In this document: positions 26,087-34,351 of the stretch, one piece after another
Layout: the number at the start of each line of letters is the position of its first letter
How positions within the stretch are numbered: the first letter of the stretch is position 1
Origin: an uncultured Planctomycetales bacterium
GTDB taxonomy: Bacteria; Omnitrophota; Gorgyraeia; Gygaellales; Profunditerraquicolaceae
Direction: 5' to 3'
DNA length: 51,574 nucleotides
Assembly: GCA_964362795.1 (NCBI GenBank)
Contig: CAYIFW010000002.1
Span: forward strand, 1 to 51,574
Position numbers and translations under genes: made by a program
Notes under the pieces: generated by a model
Database searches by the model: none
What the model saw: the letters and a program-made list of their open reading frames with translations, nothing else
What the model was told of the DNA's origin: nothing

Positions 26087-27007
26087 ATGGAAAAGTCCGC
26101 GATACTATTGTTTCTGTTTTTAATAATGTCTATATCGTTTGCGCATGGAGAGGATAAAGAGCTTGATCCTGTTTGGGGCCCGCCTTCGGCAGGGCCTGTA
26201 ACTACTTGGACAGCTCCTCTTTGCGGAAAGAGAAAATTTGTTGTTCAGCCGTTCTTTTTTTATAACAGGGCACGGGGAAGCTTTAATTCAGATGGGCATT
26301 ATGATTCCCTGCCTAAAGGCGATAAAAAATACCAATATCAGGAGCAGCTTTTTGCACAATACGGAGTTACTGACAGACTTGAAATTGATGGGCAGATAGT
26401 TTATCAGGAGAATTACATAAAGCAGGATGGTGTTAGTGCGCATGCGCAAGGTTTTGGCGATAGCTATCTTTTTCTCAGGTATTGCGCTTTGGAAGAGAAA
26501 GACTGGTTTCCTCATATAACAGGGTTATTTCAGCTCAAAATGCCCGCAGGCAAGTATGAAGACGCCGACCCTGATAAATTAGGAGCGGATTTAATGGGCG
26601 CAACATCCGGAGGAGGTTCGTGGGATCAGGGATTCGGAGTTGCTTTAACCAAAAGAATAAAGCCGTTCGTTTTTCACGCTGACACGATATACAGTTTTCC
26701 GCAACAAGTGTCTGTTGATGGAGCAAAGACGCGTTACGCGAATTATCTTAATTATGACTTCGGAATAGAATATTTTCTACCGAAAGGTTTCAATCTCATG
26801 TTCGAAGCCAATGGATTTTTACAGGGAGACAGAAGGGAAGATGGGAGGAAGACTCCCCATTCGAATGTTAATTATCTTACCCTTTCTCCCGGTATCGGAT
26901 GGTCAAGCGATAAAATTCAAACCTTGATAGCGTATCAGCGCGTAGTGGCGGGAACGAACACCGACGCCAATGATTCGGTGGTTGTAACTTGCGTGTATGC
27001 GTTTTAA
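26087..27007 (+). CDS. Outer-membrane beta-barrel protein (resembles the MetA-pathway/phenol-degradation-like transporter family)
   Basis: 306 aa with signal peptide ...SISFAHG/ED, alternating amphipathic strands, a GFGDSYLF motif and a C-terminal YAF typical of OMPs. First gene after riboswitch 2. Confidence 0.68.
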   Translation: MEKSAILLFLFLIMSISFAHGEDKELDPVWGPPSAGPVTTWTAPLCGKRKFVVQPFFFYNRARGSFNSDGHYDSLPKGDKKYQYQEQLFAQYGVTDRLEIDGQIVYQENYIKQDGVSAHAQGFGDSYLFLRYCALEEKDWFPHITGLFQLKMPAGKYEDADPDKLGADLMGATSGGGSWDQGFGVALTKRIKPFVFHADTIYSFPQQVSVDGAKTRYANYLNYDFGIEYFLPKGFNLMFEANGFLQGDRREDGRKTPHSNVNYLTLSPGIGWSSDKIQTLIAYQRVVAGTNTDANDSVVVTCVYAF

Positions 27008-27069
27008 GGAAAAATATAGGCTTTTTAATATAGAGCATAAAGGGGCGCATAAATAAAAGGAGGATGAAG

Positions 27070-28113
27070 ATGAGAACGCATAAAAAAAGGCTATTTTCAA
27101 TTTTAGTTGTATTGTTTTTTGTATTTTTCATTACTCAAAAAGCATATGCAATGCACATTTCAGAAGGGATCTTGCCTCTTAAATGGGCAGGGTTGTGGTT
27201 TCTGGTAGCAATTCCCTTTCTCATCAAAGGTATTTTTGATATAAAGAAGAAGGCAAGCTTAACCCCGAGCTTTAAGCCTCTTTTAGGGTTAATAGGAGCG
27301 CTAATTTTTGTTATCTCCTGCATGCCGATACCGGTGCCAACTGCGGGAACTTGTTCTCATCCCGCCGGCACAGGGATATCGGCCATCTTAATCGGCCCGA
27401 TTATGAGCATATTTGTAACTTCCATTGCTCTTCTTATTCAGGCCCTATTTTTGGCGCATGGCGGGATAACTACCTGGGGGGCAGACATTGTATCTATGGG
27501 GATAGCAGGTTCATTTGCTGCTTTTATAGCATTTAAAATATTAAGAAAGTTTAACGTTTCTTTATTTCTTTCCGGATTTGTAGCCGGACTATTGGCGGAT
27601 TGGGCTACCTATATCACGACTTCTTTTGAATTGGCCTCGGCTCTTCACGGAAGTAAACCGATATTTTCACTTTTTTCTACTATTCTGGTCGCTTTTATCC
27701 CTACTCAACTGCCTTTAGGTATACTAGAAGGATTTTTAACCGGGGGAATGATTGTTTTTGTGTATAAGAGAAGGCCGGACATTTTAGCTTCTTTGGGGGT
27801 GGTAAAAGAGAATGGCGAACGTATCATAAAAGGTGGAGCCAAGATTATTGGTATTCTATTGATATCGTTATTTTTGTTCGCTAACAGCCATTCTGTATTT
27901 GCCGGAGAAAGCGCCAAATGGAGCGGAGTAGATGAGAGCGTGGTGGAAAAGGTTGCCGAAGAACATGGCCGGAGCGCCTGGACGCCATTTATCAATACTG
28001 ATCAAGGCGATTTACTGCTTTTCGTTTTTCTGTTAGCGGGAGCAGCAGGCGGATTTGTAATGGGTTATAATTTCCGAAAGCTGTTTGCAAAAAAACAGGA
28101 TGAAAAATGTTGA
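27070..28113 (+). CDS. cbiM: Cobalt ECF transporter substrate component, CbiM fused to a CbiN-like C-terminal module
   Basis: Signal-like leader ...ITQKAYA directly precedes MHISEGILP (the conserved CbiM mature N-terminus). The C-terminal ~90 aa (SGVDESVVEKVAEEHG..WTPFI..GDLLLFVFLLAGAAGGFVMGY) is CbiN-like. The ATG at 27070 has better SD spacing than 27064. Confidence 0.87.
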   Translation: MRTHKKRLFSILVVLFFVFFITQKAYAMHISEGILPLKWAGLWFLVAIPFLIKGIFDIKKKASLTPSFKPLLGLIGALIFVISCMPIPVPTAGTCSHPAGTGISAILIGPIMSIFVTSIALLIQALFLAHGGITTWGADIVSMGIAGSFAAFIAFKILRKFNVSLFLSGFVAGLLADWATYITTSFELASALHGSKPIFSLFSTILVAFIPTQLPLGILEGFLTGGMIVFVYKRRPDILASLGVVKENGERIIKGGAKIIGILLISLFLFANSHSVFAGESAKWSGVDESVVEKVAEEHGRSAWTPFINTDQGDLLLFVFLLAGAAGGFVMGYNFRKLFAKKQDEKC

Positions 28114-28883
28114 TTGAAGTATTTAGCGATTGTTTCGCGCAGAGGAAAAATTATCTGACCGAAGTAGATACAAGAGCAAAAATGCTTTTTGTGGCTACGG
28201 CTATAAGCATAATACTTTTATCGCAACACGCTTACGCGCCATTGGTTATCTTTTTTTTATCTTTAGTTTTCCTTTTGAGTATCAGGATCCCGGCTAAGGT
28301 TGTTTTGATTAGATTGGTTACTCCTTTGGGCCTGGCGGGTATGGTTTTTCTTATGCAGATATTTTTTTACGGGGTGACACCTATTGTCAGATTTAATCTT
28401 TGGGGAATGCATCTGATAGGATATAAGGAAGGGCTGCTAAGTGGATCATTAATTATGGCAAAGGTTATCGGGGCTACTTCTTTAGTCGTATTTTTATCTA
28501 TGACGACACCGGTAAATAAGTTGTTTAATGCAGCCCGATGGTTTAAGCTGCCTAATACTTGGATTGAAACAGCCATGTTTACTTATCGCTATATATTTGT
28601 TTTGTTAGAAGACGTGATAATCATCAGAGACGCTCAGAAAATACGTTTAGGATATAAGGGAGTGATGAGAAGCTTAAAGTCTTTAGGTGAATTAGCCGGA
28701 ACAGCTCTGATCAGGGCATATGATCAATCTTTATCAATCTATGAAGCAATGGTATCGCGTGGTTATAATGAAAAAATGTTTATTACCTACACAGGAAAAT
28801 TTAAATGCGCAGATATGCTGGCATCTTTTATATTCGTTGCTATTCTAACATTGCTATTGGCCTTAAATATTTATTTTAAATGA
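28107..28883 (+). CDS. cbiQ: Cobalt ECF transporter T component
   Basis: 258 aa polytopic membrane protein with conserved ARG-type motifs (RDAQKIRLG / ALIRAYDQS). Sits between cbiM and cbiO. Confidence 0.87.
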   Translation: MLIEVFSDCFAQRKNYLTEVDTRAKMLFVATAISIILLSQHAYAPLVIFFLSLVFLLSIRIPAKVVLIRLVTPLGLAGMVFLMQIFFYGVTPIVRFNLWGMHLIGYKEGLLSGSLIMAKVIGATSLVVFLSMTTPVNKLFNAARWFKLPNTWIETAMFTYRYIFVLLEDVIIIRDAQKIRLGYKGVMRSLKSLGELAGTALIRAYDQSLSIYEAMVSRGYNEKMFITYTGKFKCADMLASFIFVAILTLLLALNIYFK

Positions 28884-29713
28884 ATACTGCTATTATCGAA
28901 ACAAGGAGCCTTCATTTTATCTATCCCGATGGGGCGCCTGCTTTAAATGATATTGATCTTTCAATTAAAAGAGGCGAGTTTCTGGGGATTTTAGGGGCTA
29001 ATGGCTCTGGTAAAACAACTTTATTAAAATTACTTAACGGATTGCTCAGCGCGACAAAAGGCGAGATTTATTTAGAGAAAGAAAAAATAAGGTCTCTGGA
29101 TAAAGATTTTTTGTTTAGCAGGGTTTGCACGATGTTTCAAAACCCGGATAACCAGTTGTTTTCTCCTACTGTAGGAGAAGATATTGCTTTTGGCCCAACA
29201 AATATGGGGCTTACCGCGGAAGAAGTAAAAGAACGGGTAGATTATGCCCTTAATGCGGTAGGGCTGCCGGAATTCTTTGCTAGGGCAATCCACAATTTAA
29301 GCTTTGGCGAGAAAAAAAGAATCTGTTTGGCCGGGGTTTTGGCAATGGGGCCAGAGGTAATGTTATTAGATGAACCGACTTCTTGCCTGGATCCAATGGG
29401 AGTTAGTTCGATTATGCGGCTATTAAAGAAGTTAAATCAAGAAAAGGGAATAACAATGGTTATGGCTACGCACTCCGTGGATTTAGTGCCTTTGTTTATC
29501 GACCGTGTAATTATATTAAATAAAGGAAAAATTATACTTAGCGGGAAACCGGAAGAAATTTTTGCTCAACCCCAGGTGATCAGAAATGCTAAATTGAGAT
29601 TGCCCCGTATAGGGCATTTATTTGAGATTTTGAAGAAAAAAGACGGATTTGATATTAAGGGGTTACCGCTTACCATCGGGCAGGCAAGGGAAGAATTGAG
29701 GCAAATGAAATGA
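28880..29713 (+). CDS. cbiO: Cobalt ECF transporter ATPase
   Basis: 277 aa with Walker A GANGSGKTT, signature LSFGEKKR and Walker B LLDEPT. Confidence 0.92.
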   Translation: MNTAIIETRSLHFIYPDGAPALNDIDLSIKRGEFLGILGANGSGKTTLLKLLNGLLSATKGEIYLEKEKIRSLDKDFLFSRVCTMFQNPDNQLFSPTVGEDIAFGPTNMGLTAEEVKERVDYALNAVGLPEFFARAIHNLSFGEKKRICLAGVLAMGPEVMLLDEPTSCLDPMGVSSIMRLLKKLNQEKGITMVMATHSVDLVPLFIDRVIILNKGKIILSGKPEEIFAQPQVIRNAKLRLPRIGHLFEILKKKDGFDIKGLPLTIGQAREELRQMK

Positions 29714-30783
29714 ATTCAGCCGGGTTAAGAAAAGGTTTTACTACCGGAACCTGCGCGCAGGCAGCGGCAAAAGGCGCTTGTATTATGTTGACGCAGCGTA
29801 AACAGCTTGGCCGTGTTGAGGTAATTACTCCTTCGGGCGTAAAATTATCTATTCGCCTTATTGATCAGGAGATCGGAGATGATTTTGCCAAATGCGCGGT
29901 GGTAAAAGACGCCGGTAGCGATCCGGATATAACCAATGGCGCCAAAATCTGCGCCGAGGTAAAATTTTTTAAAGGAGAAGGTGTAAAAATAAAAGGCGGT
30001 AAAGGCGTAGGCAGGGCTACTTTGCCGGGGTTAGCTGTAAGTGTGGGTGAGTGGGCGATTAACCCGACGCCAAGAAGGATGATTTTAGGCGAGGTATCCA
30101 GATTCCTTCCGCAAGAAAAAGGGATTGAGGTAACGATAAGCGTTCCGGATGGAGAAAGGCTGGCAAAAAAAACTTTTAACCCGAAACTTGGGATAGCCGG
30201 CGGAATATCGATTATCGGCACAACCGGTATTGTGGAGCCGAAATCACTCGATGCCTACAAGGCAACCCTTGCTCTGCAATTGGATGTTCTGAAAGCGCAG
30301 GGGTATAATGATCCGGTATTTGTTTTAGGCTATGTAGGAGAGGCCTTCTGTAAAGATAAATTAAAATTAAAAAAAGGTTCTATGATAAAAATAGGTGACC
30401 ATATCGGCTTTATACTTAAGGAGTGCGTGAAGAGAAAAATAAAAAAAGTTTTATTAGCCGGGCATATCGGTAAGCTCATTAAATTAACCAGCGGCCAGTT
30501 TAACACTCATTGTGATTTCGGAGACAACCGGCTCGATTCTATCGCTGGTTATGCCGCTTCTTGCGGGGCGGATAAGAAGCTTGTCGTTAAAATTTTGTGT
30601 CAGAAAACAGCCGAGGCAGTTATACCGATTTTAAGAGAGGTGGAATTGGCCGATGCGGTATTTATGAGGATAGCCGCGGATGTGTCAAATAAATGCAGGG
30701 AATTTGTAAAAGGCAAAGTTGCCGTAAGTTGTAGTTTGCTTTCATTAACCGGAGAGCTCTTAGCTAAAACGGATGGGTTATAA
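29710..30783 (+). CDS. cbiD: Cobalt-precorrin-5B (C1)-methyltransferase
   Basis: 357 aa with LRKGFTTGTCAQAAAKGA, DAGSDPDITNG and GTTGIVEP motifs. Confidence 0.93.
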   Translation: MNSAGLRKGFTTGTCAQAAAKGACIMLTQRKQLGRVEVITPSGVKLSIRLIDQEIGDDFAKCAVVKDAGSDPDITNGAKICAEVKFFKGEGVKIKGGKGVGRATLPGLAVSVGEWAINPTPRRMILGEVSRFLPQEKGIEVTISVPDGERLAKKTFNPKLGIAGGISIIGTTGIVEPKSLDAYKATLALQLDVLKAQGYNDPVFVLGYVGEAFCKDKLKLKKGSMIKIGDHIGFILKECVKRKIKKVLLAGHIGKLIKLTSGQFNTHCDFGDNRLDSIAGYAASCGADKKLVVKILCQKTAEAVIPILREVELADAVFMRIAADVSNKCREFVKGKVAVSCSLLSLTGELLAKTDGL

Positions 30784-32116
30784 GGTGTATATTATCGGCG
30801 CAGGCCCCGGGCAGAAAGATTATATTCTTCCGGTTGCCAGGCCTTATATTGAAAAGGCTGATTGTTTAATCGGAGCCAAGCGGCTCCTGAGCTTATTCCA
30901 TAATCACGGGAAGAAGGAAATAATCTTTGACGGGCATCCGGGTAAGGTTATCTCCTATGTTAAGCGTTTTAAAAACAAAGAGCGTATTGTTATCCTTGTT
31001 TCCGGGGATCCGGGTATGTACAGCCCTTTGGAAAAGATCTCCCAGGTGTTTAAGAAAAACGAATACGCTGTGATTCCGGGAATAAGCACGCTACAGCTTG
31101 CTTTTGCCAGAATCGGGCAGAGTTGGTTCGACGCCAAGGTTATCAGTCTTCATGGCAGAAAAATAGATAATTTTGCGGATAAGATCAGCCCGTATCCGAA
31201 AATATTTCTGTTAACCGATGCGTCATTTTCTCCGGATAAAATCGCTGCGCATTTGCTTAAGGAGGGCGTAGAGAACAGGCGAGCAGTTGTTCTGGAGAAT
31301 CTTTCTTATGCGAATGAAAAAATTTTAGATACTGATCTTAAGCATCTGGCAAAGAAAAAAGGTTTTGGTTTATGCGTGATGATAATTGAGGCAAAACTCA
31401 AGAAATCTCCTAAGCTATATGGCATTGGGCTTGGGCCGGGAGACCCTAAACTAGTTACTCTGAAAGCAAAAGAGATACTCGATAAGGTTGATATTGTCTT
31501 TGCGCCAAAAGGCAGTGAGGACGGCTCTTCATTGGCGCGCTCAATAGTTGAAGCAGTTACAGAAACGCAGAAAAATTTCGTGGAGTTGACCTTTCCCATG
31601 ACAACGGATAAAACTCTTCTTGACAAATATTGGATGGATGCCGCGCGCATGATAGCGCAAGAGATACACAAAGGAAAAGAAGCTGCTTTTGTTACTATCG
31701 GAGACCCGTTTATTTACAGCACCTATACCTATCTTTTAAGGACATTAAAACGTAATTTTAAAGGTATTGATGTGGAGACTATTCCTGGCGTAAGCGCTTT
31801 TAACGCGGCTTCTTGCCGGCTGCAATTTCCGCTTGTTGAAGGCCGCCAAAAATTGGCAGTTGTGCCGGTTACAGGGGATTTAAAAGCTGTGAGGCAGGCG
31901 CTTGAGGAATTCGAGACGGTTGTGTTAATGAAAGTCGGCGCGAAATTAAATAAGGTGGTTTGCCTTTTAAAAGAAATGGGGTTAGTGAATAATGCTGTTT
32001 TGATAAGCCGCGTAGGGCATAGAGACGAGAGGATAATTCGTAATCTGGCTTTGTTTCGGAATAAAAAGGCAGGGTATTTATCCGTAATTTTAGTAAGAAA
32101 GGATTTCAAGAGATGA
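30773..32116 (+). CDS. Fusion of CbiE (cobalt-precorrin-7 C5-methyltransferase) and CbiL (cobalt-factor II C20-methyltransferase) domains
   Basis: 447 aa with two TP-methylase domains. N-terminal half: VYIIGAGPGQKDYILP..SGDPGMYS. C-terminal half: LYGIGLGPGDPKLVTLKA...FPMT...IGDPFIYSTY...IPGVSAF. Confidence 0.82.
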   Translation: MGYKVYIIGAGPGQKDYILPVARPYIEKADCLIGAKRLLSLFHNHGKKEIIFDGHPGKVISYVKRFKNKERIVILVSGDPGMYSPLEKISQVFKKNEYAVIPGISTLQLAFARIGQSWFDAKVISLHGRKIDNFADKISPYPKIFLLTDASFSPDKIAAHLLKEGVENRRAVVLENLSYANEKILDTDLKHLAKKKGFGLCVMIIEAKLKKSPKLYGIGLGPGDPKLVTLKAKEILDKVDIVFAPKGSEDGSSLARSIVEAVTETQKNFVELTFPMTTDKTLLDKYWMDAARMIAQEIHKGKEAAFVTIGDPFIYSTYTYLLRTLKRNFKGIDVETIPGVSAFNAASCRLQFPLVEGRQKLAVVPVTGDLKAVRQALEEFETVVLMKVGAKLNKVVCLLKEMGLVNNAVLISRVGHRDERIIRNLALFRNKKAGYLSVILVRKDFKR

Positions 32117-32868
32117 TGGTATATTTTATCGGCGCCGGGCCCGGAGACCCTGAACTATTAACGCTAAAGGCAAAAAAGATAATTCAGGCTAGCTCAATTA
32201 TTATTTATGCCGGCTCGCTGATTAATAAGGATATTTTAAAAATCGCGCCCAGGAAAGCCTTGCGTTATGATTCCAGTAAAATGGCTCTGGAAGAAGTTTT
32301 AGCGATAATGCAGAAGGAGAAACTTTCAAAAAAAATAATCGCGCGGGTTCATAGCGGAGATCCTTCGCTATACGGGGCAATACAAGAGCAGATTTCTTGG
32401 TGCCGGAAAGAAAATGTTCCTTATCAGGTTATTCCCGGGGTTAGTTCTTTTTGCGCGGCTGCTGCTGCTCTGGAGCAGGAACTGACTCTCCCGGGTATAG
32501 CTCAGACCGTTATAATCAGCCGCCTTTGCGGAAGGACAAAAGTTCCGAAAAAAGAGGATTTAGGGAAGTTAGCTTTGATTAAAGCAACGTTGGTAATATT
32601 TTTAAGTGTAGATAAGATTAGACAGGTGGTAAGGCAGCTTCGTTGCGGCTATAGTAATGATACGCCGGCAGCTGTTGTTTATCGCGCCAGTTGGCCTGAT
32701 GAGTTGATTGTGCGGGGAACGCTTAAAGATATTACGGCTAAGGTTAAGCAGGCAGGTATTAAGAAACAGGCGCTTATATTTGTCGGTGAGGTGTTCGGCA
32801 AAAAGGAGTTTGAAATGAGTAAGCTCTATGATAAGAATTTTTCACATTTATACAGAAGAAAAAAATGA
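32113..32868 (+). CDS. cbiF: Cobalt-precorrin-4 (C11)-methyltransferase
   Basis: 251 aa with VYFIGAGPGDPELLTLKA, HSGDPSLYGA and IPGVSSF. Confidence 0.93.
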   Translation: MMVYFIGAGPGDPELLTLKAKKIIQASSIIIYAGSLINKDILKIAPRKALRYDSSKMALEEVLAIMQKEKLSKKIIARVHSGDPSLYGAIQEQISWCRKENVPYQVIPGVSSFCAAAAALEQELTLPGIAQTVIISRLCGRTKVPKKEDLGKLALIKATLVIFLSVDKIRQVVRQLRCGYSNDTPAAVVYRASWPDELIVRGTLKDITAKVKQAGIKKQALIFVGEVFGKKEFEMSKLYDKNFSHLYRRKK

Positions 32869-33611
32869 AGATCGCGATAATCGCTATAAATAAAGAAGGC
32901 TTAAATTTAGCAAAAAAATTAAAAGCCGGTTTTCCCAATGCTGAAATTTTTTCTAAACGGACGCCCGACAAAACCGGGTTAAAAAATTTAGTGGAGCGGG
33001 CCTTTGGCGAATATGAAGGTTTAATATTTATCGCGGCGTTTGGTATCATTGTTCGTCTCATTGGGCCTTTGGCAAAAGATAAGTTAAGCGATCCTGCGGT
33101 CGTAGGAATAGACTCCGCGGGCCGTTTTGCCATTAGTGTCCTTTCCGGGCATGAAGGCGGGGCAAATAATTTGGCATTTCTTGCGGCAGCGTGTCTGGGG
33201 GCTATACCGGTAGTAACGACAGGAAGAGAAGTGCATAAAAAATTTATTGTCGGGATAGGCTCAAGGAGAGGCATTAATGCCGAGCAAGTTAAGCTGGCGT
33301 TGCGGCGCGCATTGAAAAAGAAAAAAATCAGATTAAACGAAGTTCGTTTGGCAGCTACAATTGACCTTAAGAAGGATGAACGGGGGTTATTAAAGGCGTG
33401 CGCTGATTTGCAGCTGCCTTTAGTTTTTATTTCAAAAGGCGAGATTAAAAATTTTGAAGGCGGCGTATCCAAATCAAATGCAGCCCGGCGCCATTTGGGT
33501 GTGAATGGGGTTTGCCAGCCCTGCGCCTTATTGGCGGGAAGGAGGACAAAATTAATTCTAAAAAAAGAGATTTTCGACGGCGTAACAGTAGCAATTGCCC
33601 AGGAAAACTAA
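32865..33611 (+). CDS. cbiG: Cobalt-precorrin-5A hydrolase (short form)
   Basis: 248 aa with an N-terminal CbiG-N-like region (IAIIAINKEG..LAKKL) and a C-terminal CbiG-C region (GIGSRRG...LATIDLKKDE..L). Shorter than the ~330-aa forms I remember. Confidence 0.83.
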   Translation: MKIAIIAINKEGLNLAKKLKAGFPNAEIFSKRTPDKTGLKNLVERAFGEYEGLIFIAAFGIIVRLIGPLAKDKLSDPAVVGIDSAGRFAISVLSGHEGGANNLAFLAAACLGAIPVVTTGREVHKKFIVGIGSRRGINAEQVKLALRRALKKKKIRLNEVRLAATIDLKKDERGLLKACADLQLPLVFISKGEIKNFEGGVSKSNAARRHLGVNGVCQPCALLAGRRTKLILKKEIFDGVTVAIAQEN

Positions 33612-34351
33612 ATATCGTTGGTATCGGGCCTGGAGACTTATCTCAATTAAGCAAGAGCGCTTATGATGCCATAATCGAATCTCAGGTAATCGTAGGATAC
33701 ACTACCTATATAAAACTTTTAGGTAAATTAATAGCGGATAAGGAAATTATTTCTTCCGGGATGACTCAGGAGATTGTCCGCGCAAACAAGGCAATCGAAA
33801 AAGCGCTTGCGGGTAAAATTGTTTGCGTGATCTCAAGCGGAGACCCGGGAATTTATGGTATGGCTGGGCTTATATTAGAGCTTTTAAAAAAAAGCGATAT
33901 AGAAAAGCTGCGGATAGAGATTATTCCCGGCATAACCGCGGCATCTGCTTGCGCAAGCCTTTTAGGCGCTCCACTGGCGCAGGATTTTGTTGTTATCTCT
34001 TTAAGCGACCTTTTGGTTACGCGTAAGGAAATTGAAAGAAAACTAAAATACGCTGTAAGGGCTGATTTTGTGGTTGTTCTCTATAATCCAAAAAGTAAGA
34101 GTAGGATTAAGCCGCTTGAGCGAGCATGGAGTATTATCAGTCAATACAGATCCGCTCAAACACCCGTGGGGATAGTCAGGAATGCTTATAGAGATTATCA
34201 ATATTTAAGGGTAACACAGCTTAAGAATGTAGGCCGGATAAAGGATATCGATATGGCTACGACAATTATTATCGGTAATTCACGGACGTATGTTAAAGGA
34301 AGATATATGATTACCAGCCGGGGTTATGATATAAAAAATGTTTTTCGATAA
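33512..34351 (+). CDS. cbiH: Cobalt-factor III (C17)-methyltransferase
   Basis: LNIVGIGPGD...SSGDPGIYGMA...IPGITAA identifies CbiH. The conserved domain starts near 33608. The only canonical in-frame start is TTG 33512, inside cbiG, so the true start is uncertain. Confidence 0.86.
   Translation: MPALRLIGGKEDKINSKKRDFRRRNSSNCPGKLNIVGIGPGDLSQLSKSAYDAIIESQVIVGYTTYIKLLGKLIADKEIISSGMTQEIVRANKAIEKALAGKIVCVISSGDPGIYGMAGLILELLKKSDIEKLRIEIIPGITAASACASLLGAPLAQDFVVISLSDLLVTRKEIERKLKYAVRADFVVVLYNPKSKSRIKPLERAWSIISQYRSAQTPVGIVRNAYRDYQYLRVTQLKNVGRIKDIDMATTIIIGNSRTYVKGRYMITSRGYDIKNVFR

Noticed and set aside
27008-27063. A possible terminator or promoter between the OMP gene and cbiM.
   Set aside because: There is only AT-rich sequence, with no convincing stem plus U-tract or -35/-10 pair. 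The gap mainly carries the AAGGAGG SD for cbiM, so the genes are most simply co-transcribed.
32774-33472. 232-aa minus-strand ORF, the longest antisense ORF in the track. Others of the same kind include 22550-23110, 15749-16231, 2169-2618, 40242-40622, 24709-25104 and 31729-32109.
   Set aside because: Each lies entirely antisense to a + strand gene with unmistakable family motifs (cbiG, radical SAM, cobU, rplQ, pepP, cbiX, cbiE-L). The translations are low-complexity with no recognisable motifs, no SD and no flanking intergenic space. They are typical shadow ORFs.
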